Origin: an uncultured Candidatus Saccharibacteria bacterium
Lineage (GTDB): Bacteria; Patescibacteriota; Minisyncoccia; Phycocordibacterales; UBA2100
NCBI GenBank assembly: GCA_964586255.1
Contig: CAZPGE010000006.1
Coordinates: 1 to 61,826 of the forward strand
Direction of reading: 5' to 3'
Length of the DNA: 61,826 bases
Made by a program: the position numbers and the translations under genes. Below are positions 49,256 to 56,425 of this stretch, one piece after another; positions within the stretch are counted from its first letter, which is position 1, and every line of letters starts with the position of its first letter. The notes under the pieces were generated by a model. It saw nothing but the letters and a program-made list of their open reading frames with translations. It was not told the DNA's origin and ran no database searches.

Positions 49256-49534
49256 GTGAGTGCCACAAAGTGTGGCTCTTAGATTGAAAGTCGTGCAAGT
49301 ACTCGCCGCAAGGCGGGTATTGCATTTGGACCAGCTGACTATACGCCATCTGCGTTGTTGCGGGCGCCCGAACGCAATTCTCACCGTACGGCTTGTACGG
49401 CTCGAACCGCATTCTGCCCGCGCCTAGCACCTGGCGCATCTCAGCGGACCCAATCCATGCGTTGTCATTGTCGCCGTCAGTGGTACTCTTTGAGTAGCAC
49501 TAAAGGGCGTATTGCGGAGGGCGGCGGCACTCAC
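49256..49534 (+). ncRNA. Unclassified structured ncRNA candidate (~280 nt)
   Basis: Terminal 9-bp stem GTGAGTGCC/GGCACTCAC; long-range ATACGCC/GGCGTAT; GCAA-capped hairpin with G-U pairs on the plus strand; at least four further hairpins; no credible ORF. Confidence 0.6.
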
Positions 49535-49924
49535 ATAAGACTTTCACTTTTTTGGAGCTCGCACCCGTCCTCCGCCATGCGCCTTTGGTGCCCCATTTAG
49601 GGGCACTTTTGCGTAGGCGGGTGCGAGCTCCAAAAAAACGAAGGGGGTCGGGGAAACTGTAGTTTCCCCGTGTAGGAATGTCTTGAAAACCGAGAGGTTT
49701 TCAAAGCAAAGCTTTTTGCGTGCTCGCACCCGTCCTCCGCAATGCGCCTTTGGTAATGCAAAAGGTTGCTCCGGACGGGTGCGAGTCAGCTCGCCCTATG
49801 GCTTTGTTCGCCCGCCTGCTGGCGGACTCACATGCGCATTTCGCTTCGCGAACCGGATGAAAAGCGGTCAACCACTTTTCATTCCTCCGCCATGCGCCTT
49901 TGGCACCCTTAATGGGTGCTTTTA
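49500..49924. repeat. Four copies of a ~20-bp motif CCTCCGCMATRCGCCYTT embedded in hairpin modules
   Basis: Direct copies at 49569-49588, 49734-49753 and 49884-49903; inverted copy at ~49500-49520. 20-bp IR 49548-49567/49618-49637; 13-bp IR 49723-49735/49773-49785. Confidence 0.85.
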
Positions 49925-50207
49925 CATTTCGGTGTGCGGGCGACAAAAAAGAATGTACTGATGTATTCACGAGCTATTTGGAGCGTCACGCTGTATTAAG
50001 AAACTTGAGAGAGACTCTTAAGTGAAAACTCGCTCACATAATATTTCTCAACTCTTTTTTCTCGTTTAAAAAATAAAAAAGTTATCCACATTATTTAAAC
50101 GAAAAACAATTTATTGCGAGCGTGAGTGTAATAATAAATTAAACGCTGTAGCGTTTCGCGCGCGAAGCGAAGGTCGAGTTTAATACTCACAATCATTTAT
50201 AACCACC

Positions 50208-50276
50208 ATGGCAAAGGCAAAAAAGAAGAAGGCCACAAAGAAGAAGACGGCCAAGAAGGCAAAGAAACACCGATAG
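50208..50276 (+). CDS. 22-aa Lys/Ala-rich micropeptide MAKAKKKKATKKKTAKKAKKHR
   Basis: ATG..TAG open frame with an A/T-rich leader, repeated AAG codons and its own terminator; below the ORF-track size cut-off. Confidence 0.7.
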   Translation: MAKAKKKKATKKKTAKKAKKHR

Positions 50277-50289
50277 TATCGGTGTCTAG

Positions 50290-50315
50290 AAAAGACCTCC
50301 GCAAGGAGGTCTTTT
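50290..50315 (+). terminator. Intrinsic (potentially bidirectional) terminator
   Basis: AAAAGACCTCC-GCAA-GGAGGTCTTTT. Confidence 0.88.
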
Positions 50316-50530
50316 CGTTTTCTTTCGCTACCGAAGCGTAGCTTCGGCATCGCTTGTTGAGAGAAAACGAAAAGACGGCCGGAGACGGGGCCCCACCTAA
50401 ATGGGGAGGCGAGGCGGGGCCTGCGCGCGTTCGCAAGTGCGAACGACGTGTGGGCCTTTTCTTTTGATGCCTGAAATATCGCTAGTTCGCGTCAATGGAA
50501 TCAAAGAGACGCGGGTGGTAGGATACGTGG

Positions 50531-53056
50531 ATGTCATTTTGGAAAGGATTATTCGGCGACGCGAACGTTGCGGCGCTCAAAAAGGCGCGGCCTATTGTCG
50601 CGGCAGTCAATGCTCTAGAGCCCGATTTCAAGGTTCTCTCCGACGAGGATCTGAGGGCCAAGACCAGTGAGTTTAAAGGGCGGCTTGCAGGAGGCGAGAC
50701 GCTCGAAGACCTAGCGCCGGAGGCTTTTGCGGCTGTTCGCGAAGCCTCGCGCCGCACCCTCGGACAGCGCCATTTCGACGTGCAGCTCATCGGCGGCATG
50801 ATATTGCACAACGGCGACATCGCCGAGATGCGCACCGGTGAAGGTAAGACACTCGTCGCCACGCTTCCGGCGTATCTCAATGCGCTCAGCGGCAAAGGTG
50901 TACACGTGGTTACCGTCAACGATTACCTCTCGCGTCGTGATGCGTCGTGGATGGGGCAGATATACCATGCGCTCGGCCTTACGGTGGGAGTGCTCAACCA
51001 CGAGTCCTCGTTTATCTATGACCCGTCGCATGTACCGGAGGAGCTCAAGCAAGAAGAGGAGGATCTGCAGGACAAAGAGGGAGGTTTCAAGGTCATGCAC
51101 GACTTCCTGAAGCCTTGTACGCGCAAAGAAGCGTATGCGGCCGATATTACCTACGGGACGAACAACGAATACGGATTTGACTATCTGCGCGATAATCTCG
51201 AGTACGAGAGTGCCAACCTTCGTCAGAGATTGCCACAAGACGGTGGCTACAATTTTGCCATTGTCGATGAAATTGACTCGATTCTTATCGACGAGGCGCG
51301 CACCCCGCTCATTATTTCTGCTCCGGTAGCTGATGCTGAGGCTCTGTACGGGCGCTTTGCGACTATCGCCCGTACGATGGTCAGAGAAGAGGACTTTACT
51401 GTGGACGAGAAGCACAAACAGATCATAATGACCGATGCTGGCATAGAAAAGGCCCAAGACGCGCTCGGCATAGACAATATATACACAGATGCCGGCATTA
51501 AGATGGTGCACCACCTTGAGACTGCAGTGCGGGCGAAGGCGATTTTCGAGCGTGACAAGGATTATGTAGTCAAAGATGGTGCCGTCGTCATTGTCGACGA
51601 ATTCACGGGCCGGCTTCAGCCAGGTCGCAGATGGTCAGAGGGGCTTCATCAGGCGATCGAGGCAAAGGAAGATGTCGCCGTTCAGCAGGAATCGAGGACC
51701 TTCGCGTCCATCACATTCCAAAACTATTTCAGGCTCTACGGCAAGCTTGCGGGCATGACGGGTACAGCAGCCACTTCCTCCGAGGAGTTCTACAAAGTGT
51801 ATGGCCTCAACACTGTGAGTGTGCCTACCAACAACCCCGCACAGAGATCTGACCTCGACGACCTTATTCTCCAGACCGAGAACGGAAAGATGCGTGCCAT
51901 CGCAAAGCGGGTACGGGATTTGCATGAAAAAGGACAGCCAGTCCTTATCGGTACGGTTTCAGTCGAGAAGAACGAACTTCTTGGAGCGTATTTTAAGCAG
52001 GAAGGTATCCCGCACGAAGTACTCAATGCGAAGAACCATGAGCGAGAGGGCGAGATAATCGCGCAGGCGGGTCGTAAAGGCGCTGTCACTATAGCGACGA
52101 ACATGGCTGGTCGCGGAGTCGATATCAAGCTCGGTGGTAACCCGGGCACACCTGAGGAGTACGAAGACGTGAAATCTCTCGGTGGTCTTTTTGTGCTCGG
52201 CACAGAGAGGCACGAAGCTCGTCGTATCGACAACCAATTGCGTGGTCGCTCTGGCCGCCAAGGTGATCCTGGTGCGACGCAGTTTTACGTTTCCCTCGAA
52301 GACTCCCTCATGCGCGTGTTTGCCTCTGATGTCATCAAGAGGGTAATGGGGACGTTTAACATTCCCGAAGATGAGCCGATCTACAATTCGATGATTACGC
52401 GTGCGCTCGAAAAAGCACAGACCCGAATCGAGGAGATAAATTTCGATGCACGAAAACATGTTCTCTCGTACGACGATGTACTCAACATCCAGCGCCAGAG
52501 TATTTACGCGCGCCGTCGAGCACTGCTCACAGGGGGTGAGGAAGCGGTGGAAAGTGAACTCGAGAGACTTGCCGCCGCGGACGAATCATTTACCGCAGAT
52601 ATTGCCAAGAAAAAAGAGCAGCTTGGAAACGTGTTCATTCCAACTGTTCGTAGAATATTGCTACAGGGTATCGACTTCCTCTGGGTTGAGCATCTCGAGG
52701 CGATGGAGTACCTTCGTTCAAGTGTGAATCTGCGCGCATATGGTCAGCGTGACCCGCTCGTCGAGTATAAGAAAGAAGGACTGAAATTATTCCAAACGAT
52801 GGAGGAGACGTACGCTACTCACGTTCGTTCTCTTATACCAAATATTGTGAGTACTCCCGGCGCGCAAACATCTTCGCCTCAGCAGCGCTCAGTAACCAAA
52901 GCAGTCGCGTCGATCACGGCGACGTCCGACACTCCGTTAAAGAAAGAATATGGTCGCAATGATAAAGTCGTCATATCGAATGGCACCGATACGAAAGAAA
53001 TGAAATACAAAAAAGCGGAGCAGCTACTTTCGGAGGGCTGGCGCATCGTTGGGTAG
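50531..53056 (+). CDS. secA: Preprotein translocase ATPase SecA
   Basis: EMRTGEGKT, VVTVNDYL, IVDEIDSILIDEARTPLIIS, KLAGMTGTA, IATNMAGRGVDI and RIDNQLRGRSGRQGDPG. Confidence 0.98.
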   Translation: MSFWKGLFGDANVAALKKARPIVAAVNALEPDFKVLSDEDLRAKTSEFKGRLAGGETLEDLAPEAFAAVREASRRTLGQRHFDVQLIGGMILHNGDIAEMRTGEGKTLVATLPAYLNALSGKGVHVVTVNDYLSRRDASWMGQIYHALGLTVGVLNHESSFIYDPSHVPEELKQEEEDLQDKEGGFKVMHDFLKPCTRKEAYAADITYGTNNEYGFDYLRDNLEYESANLRQRLPQDGGYNFAIVDEIDSILIDEARTPLIISAPVADAEALYGRFATIARTMVREEDFTVDEKHKQIIMTDAGIEKAQDALGIDNIYTDAGIKMVHHLETAVRAKAIFERDKDYVVKDGAVVIVDEFTGRLQPGRRWSEGLHQAIEAKEDVAVQQESRTFASITFQNYFRLYGKLAGMTGTAATSSEEFYKVYGLNTVSVPTNNPAQRSDLDDLILQTENGKMRAIAKRVRDLHEKGQPVLIGTVSVEKNELLGAYFKQEGIPHEVLNAKNHEREGEIIAQAGRKGAVTIATNMAGRGVDIKLGGNPGTPEEYEDVKSLGGLFVLGTERHEARRIDNQLRGRSGRQGDPGATQFYVSLEDSLMRVFASDVIKRVMGTFNIPEDEPIYNSMITRALEKAQTRIEEINFDARKHVLSYDDVLNIQRQSIYARRRALLTGGEEAVESELERLAAADESFTADIAKKKEQLGNVFIPTVRRILLQGIDFLWVEHLEAMEYLRSSVNLRAYGQRDPLVEYKKEGLKLFQTMEETYATHVRSLIPNIVSTPGAQTSSPQQRSVTKAVASITATSDTPLKKEYGRNDKVVISNGTDTKEMKYKKAEQLLSEGWRIVG

Positions 53057-53545
53057 GTTCAAATTTGCCCACATACGAGCTCTTTACAGAGCTCACAAAT
53101 TGTCGTGTATATTATTGCGGCGTCATGAGCGTTGTAGCCCGCGAGTTAGCACAATAGCAGCCCATCGCGTCTGAGGAAGCTGCGCATTCGATTGGCATGC
53201 CGAAAAGTAAACGACATTGTATGACCATATGCTGAGCGCAAACATACAAGCCCGAGAAATGATCGACGCATTTGCAGTAATCTCGGCTGCCGAGATGGCT
53301 TTGTATAGCGACGCATCTCGGCGAGCTCGCTTCGCCGAGTATTAACACAAGATCACGATATCTAAGAGGGGCTGACGGCAGGACGCATCGCGTCACATAA
53401 TCAGGCATCATGCAGATGAGGCACGATATGCGAGATGCGCAGACCGATGCCGCTCCGTATGCTCGCGTGTGCGTGACCACTCGCGTGCTGACCTTTGTTG
53501 TGCACGTATACAGGCGTATGCCGCTCTGCTAGGATTTGCGCATCT

Positions 53546-54976
53546 ATGGCTGTCTATGAGCCCACTATTGGCCTCGAAATACATGCTGAGCTTCGTACAC
53601 AGACGAAGATGTTTTGTAGCTCCAAGAACGATCCTGATGAGACCAAACCCAATGTAAACATTTGCCCGGTGTGCCTTGCGCATCCCGGGACGCTGCCGGT
53701 AATCAATGAGGAGGCGGTTCGCCATGTGTTGCGCGTCGGCACTGCGATCGGCTCTACGCTCGCGGACTATACGGAGTTTGACCGGAAGAATTATTTTTAC
53801 CCAGATTTGCCGAAGGGGTATCAGCTGAGCCAGTTTGAGTTTCCGCTCGTTGCAGGCGGAGAGCTTGCCGGTGTCCAGATAACGCGCATACATCTCGAGG
53901 AGGATACAGCGAGCTCAATGCACGACGAGGTGACTGGTGAGACTACGATAGATTACAACCGTGCCGGGGTACCTCTCATGGAGCTCGTTACCGAGCCGGT
54001 TATTAAGAGCGCGGAACAGGCGGGAGAGTTCGCCCGCGAGCTCCAACTTCTCTTGCGCTTGCTGGGAGTGAGTGAAGCGAATATGGAAAAGGGGGAGATG
54101 CGTGTAGAAGCAAACGTGTCTGTGGCAAAGCCCGGGGAGCGCTCAGTGGCGTATGTCGAACTCAAGAATATAAACTCGTTCAATACCATGGAGCGAGCAG
54201 TCCGCTATGAGATACAGAGACAGACTGAAGCTCTTGAGCGCGGTGAGGTGATAGTGAAAGAGACACGCGGATGGGATGATGCAAAACAGTCGACATTTGC
54301 TCAGAGGATCAAGGAGGGAGGGGCAGATTACCGTTATTTTCCAGACCCCGATTTGCCCAGCCTACGTCTCAGTGAGATTGGGGGTATGAGCGCGGCGCAT
54401 ATACGCGCTACGCTACCTGAGCTTCCTCAGGAGCGTCGAGCGCGGTATATAGCTATGGGCGTCAAGCCAGAAGATGCCGATGCTTTTTTGAAAGATGAGC
54501 GGTTCGGCGCATTTTACGACAAAGTGTGCACGGGCGAGTACTCCAGGCATGCGATTCTTGCGAGCAACTATATCGCCAACGATCTGGTAAAAATCGTCCG
54601 AGACATCGAGAGTCGAGATTCAGTGCATAGCGCTGAAATGCCTATTTCGGCCGATAACTTCAGGATACTCATAGAAATGCTCGCGACTCAGAAAGTGTCT
54701 TCTCGCGCGGCTAAGGATGTTCTACGAATGAGTATCGCTGAGGGAAAATCGCCGGTAGAAGTTGCGCAGGAGCACGACCTTTTGATAAAGAGCGATGCAG
54801 CAGCATTGCAGGGTGTAGTTGACGTTGTCTTGAGCCGCAATGCGAGCGTAGCTGGTGAGTACAGGGCAGGGAAGTCATCTGCACTGGAGTATCTCTTGGG
54901 ACAGTGCATGAAGGAGCTCCGTGGCGCCGGCGACCCGCTCGTACTGAGAGATCTACTGAAACAAGCACTGATGTAG
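53546..54976 (+). CDS. gatB: Asp-tRNA(Asn)/Glu-tRNA(Gln) amidotransferase subunit B
   Basis: IGLEIHAEL.TQTKMFC, HPGTLP, RKNYFYPDLPKGYQ, HLEED, DYNRAGVPLMELVTEP, KETRGWD and YRYFPDPDL. Confidence 0.97.
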   Translation: MAVYEPTIGLEIHAELRTQTKMFCSSKNDPDETKPNVNICPVCLAHPGTLPVINEEAVRHVLRVGTAIGSTLADYTEFDRKNYFYPDLPKGYQLSQFEFPLVAGGELAGVQITRIHLEEDTASSMHDEVTGETTIDYNRAGVPLMELVTEPVIKSAEQAGEFARELQLLLRLLGVSEANMEKGEMRVEANVSVAKPGERSVAYVELKNINSFNTMERAVRYEIQRQTEALERGEVIVKETRGWDDAKQSTFAQRIKEGGADYRYFPDPDLPSLRLSEIGGMSAAHIRATLPELPQERRARYIAMGVKPEDADAFLKDERFGAFYDKVCTGEYSRHAILASNYIANDLVKIVRDIESRDSVHSAEMPISADNFRILIEMLATQKVSSRAAKDVLRMSIAEGKSPVEVAQEHDLLIKSDAAALQGVVDVVLSRNASVAGEYRAGKSSALEYLLGQCMKELRGAGDPLVLRDLLKQALM

Positions 54977-55055
54977 GTTTGCGTGATTCAGCACTTATCC
55001 ACCGAAGTCTCGGCAATCCGAGTCGCCGAGATGTGGCTCAAGATATACTTATCTC

Positions 55056-56012
55056 ATGTCTGATGAGATTGTTCTCGGCAACAAAACATACGTGTCTTCA
55101 AAACGCGCGGCGAAAGCATGCGGGTATGCGCAGGATTATGTAGGCCAGCTTGCGCGCGCCGGCCTAATCGATGCGCAGCGTATAGGAGGTCTCTGGTACG
55201 TCTCTATGGACTCTTTAGAGGGTTATAAGCGCAATGCCGAGGGCTATGCACCGAAGCTCCCTGAGACAATCCAGGCACCAAGAGAGCTCGATACAATCGT
55301 GTCATTCGACGGGAAAGATTACGTCTCTGCTGCAAGAGCCGCAAAGCTGACCGGTTACAATCCCGACTACGTGGGCCAACTGGCGCGCGGTGGCAAGATT
55401 CTTTCGCGACAGGTCGGGAATCGCTGGTACGTAGAAAGAGAGGGCTTGTTGGCCCATAAAACACAAAAGGATTCACTTCTCGCTGTGGTCCAGGCTGAGT
55501 CTGTCGGCTTGCAGCGGCCTTTAGAAACGACAACCGCGGTACACCAGCAGATTGCGCAGGCTCATGAGCCTTATCTAACGTATATACGTGAAGACCAGCA
55601 CTTAATGCCGGTACTTCACTCTAAACCAGAGCAGCCGGTGTCTTCCGCCTCTGTGGAGGGTGTCGCTTCTGAATCGCACTCGGTGCCCATACGCGTTGTT
55701 CGTCGCATGAGCCCATCAACACCTGTCAGGAGCATGGGTAAGCAGACATCACGAAGAATGCGCACATCCGCAATGACTATAAATAAAGCCGTAAAAGCTG
55801 TGGCCGCTCTGACCGTCGTCATCGTCGTGTCGTACGGTTTCGTTTCAATTAAGTCCGAGTCGATCTATGCATTTTTTCGCCCAGATTCTTCTTCTTCGGA
55901 AGCACCTAAGAACGATTCTATGGTAGCAGGTGCTTCCATTGCCTTTGAGAGAGTGGGCGACATGATTGAAAATCTCGTCTCTCCTGAGATACGGTATTCC
56001 CGAAACAGGTAG
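55056..56012 (+). CDS. Protein with two MerR/excisionase-like (HTH_17-type) domains and a C-terminal TM segment
   Basis: YVSSKRAAKACGYAQDYVGQLAR.G.I...RIGGLWYV and YVSAARAAKLTGYNPDYVGQLARGGKI..RQVGNRWYV; TM segment VAALTVVIVVSYGFV. Confidence 0.8.
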   Translation: MSDEIVLGNKTYVSSKRAAKACGYAQDYVGQLARAGLIDAQRIGGLWYVSMDSLEGYKRNAEGYAPKLPETIQAPRELDTIVSFDGKDYVSAARAAKLTGYNPDYVGQLARGGKILSRQVGNRWYVEREGLLAHKTQKDSLLAVVQAESVGLQRPLETTTAVHQQIAQAHEPYLTYIREDQHLMPVLHSKPEQPVSSASVEGVASESHSVPIRVVRRMSPSTPVRSMGKQTSRRMRTSAMTINKAVKAVAALTVVIVVSYGFVSIKSESIYAFFRPDSSSSEAPKNDSMVAGASIAFERVGDMIENLVSPEIRYSRNR

Positions 56013-56028
56013 GTAGATTTTGTGAGAC

Positions 56029-56054
56029 AAAAGGCGCTCGAGTGAGCGCCTTTT
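56029..56054 (+). terminator. Intrinsic terminator
   Basis: AAAAGGCGCTC-GAGT-GAGCGCCTTTT. Confidence 0.88.
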
Positions 56055-56425
56055 CTTCATGTTGGGAATCACACATCAAATTTGCTGCTGTAAGCCCGCA
56101 TGATGGCGACCCGTACTCGCGAGAAATGGCTATGTTGTGTACCTCGTTTAGACGAGTCGGTGCTGTAATTCCTAATCAAATCTCAAAGATACAACGTACG
56201 GCCAGCGAGGATGGGCTATTTTAGATGTAGAGAGAGCTCATGTTGTCGTTTTCGCTAAAATATTTCCGCACAGCCAAATATTTTTACGTATTGGACGAAG
56301 AAATGTCCGATAAATATTTTGTTCAATGTTGTCCACACGAATGAACGTCCGTTATACGTCCGATAGCCGAAAAGACTAGTAAAATACTAGATAAATCGCA
56401 TGCCCGACCACATGAAAAGATACTC

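Noticed and set aside
49256-49282. Leaderless 8-codon ORF (GTG AGT GCC ACA AAG TGT GGC TCT TAG) at the predicted +1
   Set aside because: Too short to support, and it lies within the terminal stem. It remains an alternative only if Ribo-seq shows it.
49256-49534. Assignment of the RNA to tmRNA, RNase P, SRP, 6S, raiA-motif or a group I/II intron
   Set aside because: No GGGG..CCACCA ends or tag ORF ending in AA-stop; no GAGGAAAGUCC/ACAGAA pair; no SRP CAGG-GGAA-AGCA loop; not a simple rod. The short TTGAAAGTCG and GACTATA resemblances are not backed by the rest of those consensus patterns as I recall them. A covariance-model search is needed.
49548-49577. tRNA gene or tRNA 3'-end att site (..CCCGTCCTCCGCCA)
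   Set aside because: The end resembles an acceptor stem plus CCA, but there is no TTCGA T-loop or pairing T-stem and no D or anticodon arm. The resemblance may be coincidental.
49500-49924. CRISPR array
   Set aside because: Only three direct copies, 130-145-bp intervening segments that are themselves hairpins, one inverted copy, and no cas genes.
50041-50130. Replication origin
   Set aside because: Only one perfect DnaA box, and no dnaA/dnaN or box cluster nearby.
53112-53480. 122-aa Cys-rich minus-strand ORF between secA and gatB
   Set aside because: GTG start, no recognisable motif or regular Cys spacing, and it spans palindromes. A competing 38-codon plus-strand frame (53229-53345) is equally unsupported.
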